A stretch of DNA of 37,269 bases, taken from NCBI RefSeq assembly GCF_000760515.2, contig NW_013546356.1, forward strand, positions 1 to 37,269. Reading direction: 5' to 3'. Position numbers and translations under genes: made by a program. The DNA comes from Mitosporidium daphniae (lineage: Eukaryota). Shown piece after piece: positions 21,511 to 32,666 of the stretch (positions are counted from its first letter, which is position 1; every line of letters begins with the position of its first letter). Below the pieces are notes generated by a model, which worked only from the letters and a program-made list of their open reading frames with translations, did not search any database and had not been told where the DNA came from.

Positions 21511-22574
21511 TTAAATTTTATCCAAATCCCATATGGGATAATATTCGTGAGCAGTGCCCTCCTCCATATTTACAATTTGCTGTTTTTTCCTACAGATTCG
21601 TATCAATGCAGCATTTGCAATCATCAAGGAATTGTCTGTGCAAAATTCTGAGGCAGGGACAATGATCGGCAATGGGGCCGCCTTTTTGCTAATAGCCTGC
21701 ACAAGACTGGCATTTCTTGCTACGCCGCCGCTTATGATGAGCGCCGAATATTTCTCGTGAAGAGAGGGAATGTGCCTCATTCTTTCCAAAACATGTCTTA
21801 TGATTGCTGTTTGGTACGAATATGCCAGGTTCGGAATATCTTTGTTGTCCTTAATACTGACCCTGGAGAGGGCAGATTTTAGACCAGAAAAGGAAAAATC
21901 GGCACTTTTTACCCTGCAAAGTGGATGCGGGAAGTCGTACGCTTGAAGGTTGGTGACAAGCAAAGCAGCTTGCTCAAGTGCGGCACCATATGAGGACCCC
22001 TTTTCCCAACGCAGGCCGAGATATCGCCCCCCTTTGTCAAAGGCATCGCCAATAGAGTCATCTAAAGTGGTTCCTATTTTGTATTTTGATTTGATGGACT
22101 ACCTAAGATTGCATACTTTCCAATATCGGCAACGTCCACCCACATGGTATGACCCCCGGACACCAGAAGGGTTAAAAAGGGGAAAGGTGGAATAGGTATC
22201 TGGTTATCAAAAAAAGGCATCAATAAATGTCCCTCCATGTGATGAGTGGAAATAAGTGGGCGATTCAAAGCTAGCGAAATAGAAACAGCAGTGCTCCAAC
22301 CAACAGAAAGGGACGAGCCAATGCCTGGCCCACGCGTTGCAGCAACAAAATCAATGCCCGCCCCATCCAGATGATCAAAAGCTTTCTTTAAAAGAAGCGG
22401 AAGATTTTTTCTGTGCGCGGCCGCAGCAAGACTGGGGACAATGCCTCTGTATGGTTGGTGAATGCCATCTTGTCTTATCGTTTCGTGGAAGAGAACTTTT
22501 GCCGAGTTTATCACCGCAACAGAGGTGTCATCGCAACTGGTCTCTATTGCCAAAATGCTATGTGTTCGGCACAT
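21511..22574 (-). CDS. QRI7: Mitochondrial tRNA t6A threonylcarbamoyltransferase Qri7/OSGEPL1
   Basis: ILAIETSCDDT, HHMEGH, LLVSGGHT, TTLDDSIGDAFDK, FSFSGLK, SGGVARN and CTDNSLMIA; 29-nt intron at 22074-22102; start uncertain. Confidence 0.9.
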
Positions 22575-22689
22575 CAAGCTCGCCCCTTTTGAGGACAGAC
22601 TCTTGAAAATCACGGCCAATTGGGTAGTTTAGACCAGGCCTGTTAAAGACTTGTTTGTAAATTAAATTTCCAAAAGTTTATTTTCAATT

Positions 22690-24117
22690 ATGCTGGTGCA
22701 TAATGAAATCAAGATTACAAACATCTCCCAGGCAGTACAAGGAGACCTTATTTATCATTTATTTAGTATTATCGGGCCAATCCGCTCCTTTGTAATCCAT
22801 CAATCTGAATGCACGGCCACCATCTCTCAAGCACTCGTAACGTGGGAGGTGATGCTCGCCTATTCCTCCGAAGATGAAGTGTGGGCAGCAACTCGCCTAT
22901 CGGGAATCGAACTTGCTGATCGGAAGTTGCTTGTCGTTCCGATCAGCTACGAAGAGGAAGATCACCACAGTATCATAGATAGGGTGATCAAATCGTCGCG
23001 AACGCTCTATATAGCGAATCTACCTTCCGAAGCAACCGAGTTGGATCTCTCTCAATTATTTTTGAAAGAATCGTTGGGTAAAATTATATTTGCCAGAGTT
23101 TTTAGTGGATGGCCGATGTCAAAGTATGCTGCGGAAGCTCTGGGCATTCCAAAATATGCAAGCATAGAACTAGAGTCTGCAAAGACAGCTAGAAACGTTC
23201 TCTCTTTTTTCAATTCCTCCGAAGACGCTCCTACAGATGCTCCTGTATGTTGGCTCTCAAAGGATACGCACTTTAATGATGTAGATAATCAGGATGATGA
23301 TAAACCAAGTCCACCAAAGGTCCAACCGCACATTGTAAAGATTGCAAGAAGAGCTATTTCTGCAACCAACCCTCTTTACGCTGGTCTGCCTGAAGAGGCC
23401 CTGAAACGGAAAATGCTTCAACTGGCTGTTTCTAAATCGAGCGTTCTGTTGGACTCTCATAAAGAAAGTTTTCCGTGTAAAACGAACGCTTCTCCCACAA
23501 GCACCTCTGCTAGGATTTCTGAAAGGCAAGAACAGCCATCATCAGGTGCGTTAGGCTTTTCAAAAAGACACGCCCACGGCAGGACTGGCTCCCCGCGTAC
23601 AAGACGTTCTCGATCTCCAGAACCTCATCATCATCATCATCATCATCACCATCACCATCCTGCCAAAAATTCTTCAGATGATAGTCAAAGTAGCTATTAT
23701 TACGAATCGAAAGCGGATAAGCTTACAAATGGGCATCGTCAACATGAGGCGGGGAACAAATATTCTCATGATCTTAGAAAAGATCCCCGAGATGATGGTA
23801 GCGATTCTCACGAGAATACAAGGAAAATCGGAAGGTTTTGTGATAATAACAGCAAGCATGAGCGTGACGGATCTGGTCAAAGTGCATCATCTGTAAAAAG
23901 GGATTCAGAGAGGTCCTATTCTCGAAGCTCCTCTACAACCGGTGATGAGTCAAGATACAGGTTAATGAGCAGGAGAAACTCTGAACGGGTACCTGCTTCA
24001 ATAAAGAACGTTCTTCGATCCACAGGATCCCATGACTTTAGGCCCACGCTAGAAGCGAAGGGGAGGAGACCCCTACGCAGCCTCTCGCCTCCCCTTGTCG
24101 CAAAAAGGGACGAGTGA
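22690..24117 (+). CDS. SR-related two-RRM splicing factor, SRSF11/SREK1-like
   Basis: RRM1 IKITNIS...LFSIIGPI...LADRKLLVVP, RRM2 RTLYIANLP, and an RS/His-rich low-complexity tail. Confidence 0.7.
   Translation: MLVHNEIKITNISQAVQGDLIYHLFSIIGPIRSFVIHQSECTATISQALVTWEVMLAYSSEDEVWAATRLSGIELADRKLLVVPISYEEEDHHSIIDRVIKSSRTLYIANLPSEATELDLSQLFLKESLGKIIFARVFSGWPMSKYAAEALGIPKYASIELESAKTARNVLSFFNSSEDAPTDAPVCWLSKDTHFNDVDNQDDDKPSPPKVQPHIVKIARRAISATNPLYAGLPEEALKRKMLQLAVSKSSVLLDSHKESFPCKTNASPTSTSARISERQEQPSSGALGFSKRHAHGRTGSPRTRRSRSPEPHHHHHHHHHHHPAKNSSDDSQSSYYYESKADKLTNGHRQHEAGNKYSHDLRKDPRDDGSDSHENTRKIGRFCDNNSKHERDGSGQSASSVKRDSERSYSRSSSTTGDESRYRLMSRRNSERVPASIKNVLRSTGSHDFRPTLEAKGRRPLRSLSPPLVAKRDE
23626..23658 (+). 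repeat. (CAY)11 coding microsatellite, poly-His
   Basis: CAT/CAC run encoding 11 His inside the SR-like protein. Confidence 0.9.
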
Positions 24118-24158
24118 TTGCATTCCTTTTTTGAAAAATAAATTTATTCTACAAACCA

Positions 24159-24800
24159 TCATCGGTAGGACCGAGCTGCCTCTGGAATCGTCTTCAATAG
24201 TGCTTTTCTAATTTCCTGTTCAATCTCTTCTTGGAGAGATTGCTTTACCTTTGCCATGCAATCGAAAGAAGAAGACACGGAAACATTAACGAGCGGGTCG
24301 GACACAAATGCTAGAGAGAAATGCGGAGATTGATCGGTCCAGCAAAGCCATATGATGCCATCCACGTGGAGGTCAGTTATTCTGATAACCATTGGAACGA
24401 CCAGGCTCTTGTCCGCAGCAAGGATCGGCTGGGGCGGCGTGTCCATCTTGACCGAAGACATCCAATCCTCATATGAGGCCCCTCGTGTACCACAAAGCGG
24501 ATTCGCCTGCACATGTGTGTTGATGACAATATATCCATCTGAGGCATATGATATTCGGGCTAAAATTCTAGCTCTGTGCATAGAAAGTTCCGCGATTTCC
24601 AAAATGCTAACTTCTGGAGGCTACATGTAAAGATAAAAAAAGTAGGCAGGTACCTCCTGGCCAAAATACAGATCCTTTATCACCAGCTGAGAGCATATTC
24701 CATGGGGAGGGGGTCCTGAATTTAGCCCCTTTTCGATGAGCTGCGAAATGTGTGAATAAAAAGAGTCATTGAAAGATCCCCAGTTAAACTTAAATGACAT
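24159..24800 (-). CDS. MDM34: ERMES subunit Mdm34 (SMP domain only)
   Basis: MSFKFNW...PPEVSILEIAEL...TxVQANPL...LVVPM...DPLVNVSVSSSFD; 33-nt intron at 24621-24653. Confidence 0.9.
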
Positions 24801-24895
24801 CAAAAGTTTTGGTCGACCAAGTTTTGAAGCAACAAAAAATTGCCAATCCGTGTGCCCATTTATTCTTTACAACCCTGGCATCTGTATTTGTACAA

Positions 24896-25348
24896 TTAAA
24901 GGCGCGTCATGAACATTGTTGGATGCACGACAAGCGCATTTTTGTCTGAAGGCTGTAGCCGCTTGTCATCTTCAGAACAAATTTCATAGCATCCGCCACT
25001 GGCATAGATTGGAAATGGAATTCGTATTAGCGATGCTGCGTCGGGACAATGATGGGTTACCCCTTCTTTTTTATAGGGGACAAGAGCTAAAGCCATGCTT
25101 GCGAAATCTAAGGCCACACCTCCAAGATCTAAAGCCCCATGCTTTTCTTTAGACACTTTTTCTTCTTCTTCTTCTTGAAAAGGTCGGGATTTTTTGCTCC
25201 TCTCGGTAGGGAAAAAAGAGCCACTGAATGCCCTTTTTGAGGATAGCAAACTGCCCTCTTTTATTCTTTTTCCATACTCGCATGGATGCTCTTGAATTTC
25301 GTCAAATGGTCGCTTTGAAGGATTCATTTGAAGGACATCAAGCGGCAT
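24896..25348 (-). CDS. Hypothetical protein
   Basis: 150-aa ORF filling the gap between MDM34 and SEC6, with an AT-rich upstream region and basic NLS-like motifs; no family recognised. Confidence 0.55.
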   Translation of the reverse strand: MPLDVLQMNPSKRPFDEIQEHPCEYGKRIKEGSLLSSKRAFSGSFFPTERSKKSRPFQEEEEEKVSKEKHGALDLGGVALDFASMALALVPYKKEGVTHHCPDAASLIRIPFPIYASGGCYEICSEDDKRLQPSDKNALVVHPTMFMTRL

Positions 25349-25457
25349 AGACTTATTTACTTTATTTTAACAAAAGGATTTATTACAGCGAATAATATAT
25401 TGAGGCGAATATTCTGGAAAATTCATGCAATCGAACATTTAATTGTTTTTGTTTAAT

Positions 25458-28160
25458 TTACAAATGTAAATCGGAAAAGATGCTTTTTCTGGTTCCGCCG
25501 GAATTGTCCTTCGTTTTTTTAATATGATCCCTCGCCACACTGATCAAAGACTTTACAATGGATTTGTCTAGTCCATCTCTTTTTGAGATCAGGTCCTCGA
25601 AAAAGGACACGGGCACATCCGGAAACTCCCGATGAAAGTTATAAAAGGCCACAAGCAATGTTTTTTCGGTTGAAGCTATCAATGGATATGCTTTGGCAAG
25701 CTGCTCCAGTGCAGAATCTTCGCTTGCCCCGTCTTTTCTTACAAATTTGGAATAAATCCCTTGGATTTGTCCATGATCATATTTGAGCAGTTCCTCGGCC
25801 TCTTCAACCCTAAATCGCGAGTTCTTTTGAATCATCCGTTTAAGCATTGCTCTGGCAAGATATTGGAAAAAGTCCAAACAAAATCCCTGAAAAGGCTCTG
25901 TTATCATTCTATATTCAAAGTCGGAAAGGAAATCATCAATGGTGTCGCATATGATATCGATGGGCTTGACTACATCATCTTTGTACCAAGTGTTTGTATA
26001 TAGCGTTTTTATCACCGGCATGATGTCGGAGAAAATGGAACACTTTAGCAGATCAAACCCGACTTTTCTCATGTTGGAAAACTTGGCCTCTGAGCGTTTA
26101 AAAGCCTCCTTGACGAAGGGAACAAAGACATCTCCAGAGAGCGTTTCTTTGAGGCGTTCTAACTCATGTACCCATTGTACGGTAGAGTTAACCAAAGAAA
26201 TCCCGTAATACTCCAGTCCAGGTGGGTGGCCATTTGGGTTCGCGTCGTGTGCAAGTAAGGGAGAGCTGAGACTATCTGGCCCATAACATATCTTTGCGTG
26301 GTTGCTGTAGCTTTCCTGGATACTGTTCTGGAAAAAAGCAAGGGAATTTGTCAATATCGAATGCAGAAGTTTCGGGAACAGCTTTGGGTTTTTACATGCA
26401 AGCGCGACATGAATGATCTAGACGTTACTTCGATCTTGCTTACTTGGTCAAGGAATAAAAATAATTCTCCCGTAACGGAAACAAAATATTTTCCAAATCG
26501 ATCCGAGTCTGGTGGTTCCATACGCAACTCTAGCTTTTGTACCTCTGCGGAGAGCAAATTTCCAAGCCACTCTCGGACCATAGATGTGGTATGCGACACA
26601 TAGCGTCCAATCATGATGTCAACCTGCTCTTCGCTCAATATATCGGGGATAGTAGCTCCTCGAGTTCCAGAGTGAGATAGAATTGAATTGATCCTCTTTT
26701 GGGAAGTTGTGAGCCAAGACAAAAAGTAGAGACAATCAGAGGGCGGAATACTGAGCATCGTGGAGTCTGAAGAACCTCCGTTGATTGCTTTGATCTCAGG
26801 TTCCAAGTATTTTATGAGGAAGCTTTTAAGAGAGGAAAGAAAAACAGAACAAAATATGAACATCTGATGTTTAGAGGCAGATGTGTCTGCAAAAATACTG
26901 GAAAATGATGGAAGGGCAAAGAGATAAATCCATGTAATGAGCCCCAAACAAAGATGCCCGTCAATCCGCCCAAGCAAGTCGAGAAGGGTCTCTTTGGAGC
27001 CAGCGAGTTTATGCTCCTGAAAGGCTTTGGAAATGTTTTCGACAATCAGAATATTCCACGGAGAGACGAAATTTTCCAGAGATATAAAATCAAGCTGCGT
27101 GGACGACCGGTACTTTCCTCTGCGAGACGATATGATGCGAGCATAGATTGACAATAGGTTAGAATACATCTCAAACCACGGAAGCGTGCTGGGGTTAAAG
27201 TCCTTTCTAATGATCGAGGTCGTGTCCGATGAGTAAGGATCATAAATCCGGGCACCTTCTATGCTTTGAACATTAACAAGGTAATTGAGAAGCTCTGTCC
27301 AATATCCTTTAAGGATCCCCACAATCTCAGACAGAGGATTAAAAAATATTTCAAGTCGGCTTTTGATTAGGCTCCTTGCGAAAGGTAATCCGGATTGTTC
27401 CTTTGAAGCGGACAGCGATGTAGAAGATGGTTTTTTGAATACTGAAGCGTCTGATGGCGACGATACAGAGAATTCGAGATCCTGGCACTCGGCTATAGCT
27501 CGGTTTTTCCAATCCAGCAAAAGATGTAACTTAATATATATGAGATATAGGTGGCTGCCAATAGGTGTGTTATGATACATCTGGCTTTTTTCGTTTTCCT
27601 CTTCTGACGGGTTTTCTGACCCGATTTTTGACTTGCACAGATTTTCTAGAAAGAACTTTTCCTTTTGGAGCAAATAAAGCACGCGCTTCATATCCGTACC
27701 GGAGGACCCAATCTGCGAAAGCACTGCCTTCACTTGCAAACTGTTGCGATATGCCAGTGAAATCTACAAATCGGTTCACAAAAAATACCTGTCGAATGAT
27801 GCTGAAATTGGGCGGCACTGTCTGAATCGCCTCTGAGGTTAGCCGTAGCGCCAAGGCAATGTGATTTTCGATAATCTTTACACAAGAGACTTGGTCATTT
27901 ATCGAGTGATGGAAAAATTCTATTTCTGCAATTTGCTCCCGAAATGTAGTCGTATATCGTTCCTTTGTCGATGACGTCTCCAAAGAGGCACGCTTGATAT
28001 GGTCGTCCAATTTGTCTGGTTGGAGAATATCCTCTGGCTGAGAAAAAAGACCGGCAATAAAATCGATGCTTTTGGCAACAAGATGAGGGTTCGATTTTGC
28101 AACAGCTGAGAGCTGGTCAAATAGTAACTGCGATTCCTCGCACCCGCTACAGGATGTCAT
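25458..28160 (-). CDS. SEC6: Exocyst subunit Sec6
   Basis: Three ORFs joined by introns 27764-27788 and 26418-26443. Motifs LFSQPEDI, MVREWLGNLLSAE..RMEPPDSD..G and FPDVPVSFFEDLISKRDGLDKS. Confidence 0.8.
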
Positions 28161-28201
28161 TATTTATGGAAGAATTAAATTTAGAATTTTTATTTCTCAG
28201 A

Positions 28202-28876
28202 ATGAAGTACATCTCATTGCGGCAGTTTTCACTGAGGAGTGCCCAGAAGTCTTCTTTTATGGCCAGTCTAAATTCAGTCGGTGCTTCGCAAATACGAAAA
28301 GGCATCTCAAACATTCGTTTAAATTTGTGCCGCACAGGAGCTTATACTAAGATTACGGCCAACATGTGGCAATCGAGATACTACTGCAAGCCGCCCAATG
28401 GTGGTAGGAAATCACCTCTGTTCATAATTTAGATCCAACTTCGCGTCTCGATTCGCCCTCCTTGGGCACGGAGGAGCTTGAACCAACCGCACAGCCCACC
28501 GATGGCATGGAGTCTATTCAAGAAATACTCTCATCAGCCCCCGTTGTGATCTTTATGAAAGGAACCCCTGATTCACCATTAGCATGTTAAATTAGTTAAC
28601 TGATCCTAGTGTGGATTCAGCAAAAAGGCCGTGAATATCCTTTCCCTCTTCCAGATCAAAGATATGATTGCAATAGATGTCTTAGAGGAAGCCTCTCTTA
28701 GGGAGGCAGTGAAAGAGCTTACGTAAGTCTCTGTTTTTGATTGCCCTCATAGCGGCTGGCCAACAATTCCACAAATCTTTGTAAAGGGCGAGTTTATTGG
28801 TGGCTGCGACATCCTTGCTGAGATGCATGGCAGCGGTGACCTTGAGCGTCTGCTACGGGAAAAGGCTTTATTATAG
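28202..28876 (+). CDS. GRX5: Mitochondrial monothiol glutaredoxin Grx5
   Basis: Presequence-like N-terminus, [36 protein letters not shown]. Introns at about 28404-28432, 28582-28609 (GC-AG) and 28723-28752. Confidence 0.92.
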
Positions 28877-29042
28877 CATCTAAATCCAATATATTAAACC
28901 CCCAATATCGGACCCATTATTAAAGTGGTCAAGATGAGAAATAAATTGGACATCCCTTTTATTGGGTTTGGCAGGCATTTGGTTTGAAATTTTCATAAAA
29001 TTTAGCCTTAAAAGTTTAAATTTAATTCCCCTATTGTTCAAG

Positions 29043-29132
29043 GTAAGACATATTCAGGGTTCTTTTGGGGCCTTTTTAATCTATCATTATCCTACCTCTT
29101 CTTTTTACAATTTCTTAACGTAACCATCATAG
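29043..29132 (+). other. 90-nt 5'UTR intron of RPL6
   Basis: AG|GTAAGA donor, pyrimidine-rich body, TTAAC/GTAAC branch-like motifs and a TAG acceptor 4 nt before the ATG; AAATTT + CCCC initiator upstream of the donor. Confidence 0.65.
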
Positions 29133-29136
29133 TGAA

Positions 29137-29814
29137 ATGGTCAAAAAAGTAGGATTAAAGACAACAGGCGTACGCAAGGCTTTACTCGCTGCAAGCATGT
29201 TACCCATGAAATCATCCGCTATTCTGCCTTCGACCATTACCATAGAAAAGCCAATCGGTGGCCCCAAAAATGGTGGAAAGCGCATTCTCACCAAGATAGC
29301 CCCACCAAAGCAAAAAGTTGCCAAAGCTCTTGCTGACAAGCCTGCAACCAAGCTTCGCTCTTCTATCACCCCAGGAACAGTTCTCATTGTTTTGGCTGGT
29401 CGTTTCCGTGGAAAGCGCGTCGTTTTCTTAAAACAGCTTACTTCTGGTCTTCTTCTTGTCACTGGACCTTATAAGATCAACGGTGTTCCGCTAACGCGCA
29501 TTTCTCAAGCTTTCGTGATCGCCACCGCCACCAAAGTCGAGCTTTCTGGACTCACCATCCCCGACGCTCTCACTGATGCTGTGTTCAAGGGAAAGAAATG
29601 TACCAAGAAAGCTTCTTTTGTGCCAAAAGACAAAGCATCTTCAATGGATGTCGAAGAGACCAAATGTGCAATTGCCCCTGTTCGTCGTGAAGCCCAGAAG
29701 AGCATTGATGCCACCCTGACTGCTTCGATCAAAAAACAGCCGATGCTGGCCTCTTACCTTCGCTCAATGTTCTCTCTCAGCAAGGGAGAAGCTCCCCATG
29801 CCATGTGCTTCTAG
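29137..29814 (+). CDS. RPL6: 60S ribosomal protein L6 (eL6)
   Basis: LRSSITPGTVLIVLAGRFRGKRVVFLKQL..GLLLVTGPYKINGVPL...YLRSMFSL...PH. Confidence 0.97.
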   Translation: MVKKVGLKTTGVRKALLAASMLPMKSSAILPSTITIEKPIGGPKNGGKRILTKIAPPKQKVAKALADKPATKLRSSITPGTVLIVLAGRFRGKRVVFLKQLTSGLLLVTGPYKINGVPLTRISQAFVIATATKVELSGLTIPDALTDAVFKGKKCTKKASFVPKDKASSMDVEETKCAIAPVRREAQKSIDATLTASIKKQPMLASYLRSMFSLSKGEAPHAMCF

Positions 29815-29900
29815 GTTCAGTAAATATCGACGTATTTAGTTTTAATAAGTTCGTAATTTGAAAAATCCATTAACTGGGACGTGTTTTGGTCATCAGTGTA

Positions 29901-31375
29901 TTAAGTCGGACCCAATGGCGGTTGAGCGGGGATGAATTTGGGCTCAATGATCAGGTAGTATGAGAAGGCTGCCTGGAGCGCAGCCACAAGCAATAGGAAA
30001 TATACACGACGTCGTTGAAGCGTTCCAGAAGCCGCTGCGGCAGAGGCCTCTATGGTGGTTATAGCGCCTCCAGGAAGGAGGCCTCCACCAACAGCATCAC
30101 CGAGACCTGATGAGAGGTTTAAAATATCTTTCAGAGACCGCAGGGCAAATACGGCATATGAAATGGAAACGTAAATCCAAATAAGTCGAGTAATGATGCC
30201 GTTGTTCCCTGGTACTAATAGCCCACCGGAAACAATCAGCACAAGCCCCACATACTTATAGCCGACATAAGCCAAATATTCAAGGATAGGAACTGAAGAT
30301 CCAAGCCCAAGGATAAAGAAGCCTGTCCTCACCACAAAGAGCTCTAGAAGAGAGAAAACGAGTGCCGAGGATGAAGTTATCCCAAGGATATCTGGTGTGA
30401 ATCTAGAATAAAAAATAAGAAAGCTTACTTTCCATCTACCCCATAAATAATGGATACTAGAATCACATAGGTAATGAAGGCATGAACTATGATGATGGTG
30501 AGAGCAGGGAATAAACATACGAGGGATATACAAATCAGGGCAGCTAACATCTTCTCTCGGCGGAGCAAAAGAGACACCAAGCGATACAGGATGTATTCCC
30601 GTGTGGGAAAACTGCTGGACAGGAATGGTACCTGGAACTGTGTTTGTAAGATGTGTCCCTTTGGGGTTCTCGGTGGGACATGTGCGTCGGACCCAATCCT
30701 AAAGTTTTGAATGGAATATGGACTTACCTCTTTAACAAATGGAAAGAGCACCAAGGAGATTTTACTGACTACATACCAGTGTGAGACCTGAAAATAAGGC
30801 TTGAGCGTCAACAAGGGCCAATCGATCCAAGACCACAGGATCTTGTTTTGATTATAAGGGAGCTGAGACTGGGCCCCGCCGACCATTGAAAATATGTCAA
30901 AGGCGGTTTTAGCAGCATTTGCGGTGATTTGGAAATGCTGATTATCACCATTAAATTGAGGAGATATTGTGGCAAAGGGTGACTGAGAATAATTATCCAT
31001 CTGATTCGATGATTGGGGATAGCTGTTCAACTGATTCGGTGAGTGAGAATAATTATTTGGCTGGCCAGGTAGAACAGCCGAATCTCCATAGCTTGGCAAT
31101 AGACCCTGGTAACCCGTAGCTAAATCCGAAGGATGGACCGGAGACTGACGTTGTGCATATGAGCTATATTGCTGCTGAGTATTATATCCCTGAGCGTTTT
31201 GTTGGTAAGGTGGTGGTGGTGGCGGTGGTGGTGGTGATGTAGCAGAAGAAGCTGCTGCTGATTGTGCTATTGGTTTTGATGCATATTTAAAATTCTGTGG
31301 AAATTGGTTATTTGGCGGCGGTGGGCTTTGTCCAAAGCCTTGGGCTGGAGGTAGAGTATTGGGTGCCGAATTCAT
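29901..31375 (-). CDS. YIF1: Yif1 ER-Golgi trafficking protein with a Pro/Gln-rich N-terminus
   Basis: LKPYFQVSHWYVVSKISLVLFPF, PREDVSCPDLYIP, AFITYVIL, FTPDILG and AYVGYKYV; introns 30699-30727, 30487-30520, 30403-30428. Confidence 0.9.
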
Positions 31376-31676
31376 TGGAATTAAAATTAAAAGCCACTTG
31401 AGAAGAATTGAAAATTTTGGTGGTATTATAAAATTAACTTGACATCTCACAACCATCATAGCTATCATTGTTGGCAATCACCCCAAATTTGATTGTCGTG
31501 ATCTACTACCTGATATTCTTTTGTGATCAATGATAGTTTTTCCATTTCTGTTGTTGTTGTTATCGGAAGATGTGGGGTGCTTTAACATATAACGTTACAA
31601 ATTTAATGGCCTTTACTGCTTGACAACAAATTTTGATCAAATTCCACTTTCGTTTCCTATCCCGCCCCTCATAAAT

Positions 31677-32567
31677 ATGCCCCCATTTCTCAATAGAAAT
31701 TTGTCAAATTCCTCATTATTTACGGCCATTGGCCAGCTCATGCTCCTTGCCACATTTGTGGAAGATTCTATACGTATTGTTAGCCAGTGGAGCCAGCAGA
31801 TGGCTTTTATGCAGGACGTTCGGGAGATTCCCTGGTTTATTTCCTTCTATTCATTGTTTGCCCTGGTTGGCACTATGATATCGGGAATTGCACTTGTTTT
31901 GGCCGGCCCTAAGCGGAGAGCTCTTGGGGCTTTTTTACTAATTTGTGTATTGCTGCTGCAAACTGCTGTTTACGGGTTGCTATTGGACGCCAATTTCTTA
32001 TTGCGAAGCTGTTCTATTGTTGGCGGTCTGGTGCTTTTAATTGCACACAACTCAGCCTCTGAGACCAAAAAGCGGACAATTTTTGGCGGATTGCCAGTGG
32101 GCTTAGAGACAGCATCTAGAATTTACCTGCCCCTCATAGGAAGAATTTTACTGATGTTGTTATGTGGCTCGTCCATTTTAACAGCACTGACGACCGGATC
32201 ATTAAAGAATGCATTTCTCGGTGGATCCTTTTCCATCCCTGGGGCTAACTCACAACTGATGCCTGGAAGCTTTCAGCTAGAATTCGCAAAAGGGATTGCT
32301 GGAGTGACAGCCTTAATATCTGGGTGTATGGTTGCCGTGGGATTCAAGGCCAAAACCAGTGCAGTTCTTTTGCTTGGTGTGCTGATACTTACAAACTTTC
32401 TTTTATTACTGGACTTGATCTCTCTTGGCCTGTCACACCCCCTTTCGGATTTTATCAAATACGACTTTTTCCAGACCATATCTATCATGGGTGGATTCAT
32501 TCTTCTCATCCAGCTGGGCCCTGGTGAGATGAGTGTTGATATGAAGTCAAATAACTATCTCGACTAG
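31677..32567 (+). CDS. ERV29: SURF4/Erv29 ER cargo receptor
   Basis: LATFVEDSIRIVSQWSQQ, RSCSIVGGLVLL, VGFKAK and DFIKYDFFQTISIMGGFILLIQLGPGEMSVD. Confidence 0.92.
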   Translation: MPPFLNRNLSNSSLFTAIGQLMLLATFVEDSIRIVSQWSQQMAFMQDVREIPWFISFYSLFALVGTMISGIALVLAGPKRRALGAFLLICVLLLQTAVYGLLLDANFLLRSCSIVGGLVLLIAHNSASETKKRTIFGGLPVGLETASRIYLPLIGRILLMLLCGSSILTALTTGSLKNAFLGGSFSIPGANSQLMPGSFQLEFAKGIAGVTALISGCMVAVGFKAKTSAVLLLGVLILTNFLLLLDLISLGLSHPLSDFIKYDFFQTISIMGGFILLIQLGPGEMSVDMKSNNYLD

Positions 32568-32666
32568 ATCCAACAATAATCCCCATTAATTGATTAAAAA
32601 TTTATCTTTGTAGTGTAGCAGCACATGACGATCCCGGTGCAATTCTTATTACAGCGTTTATTCGGA

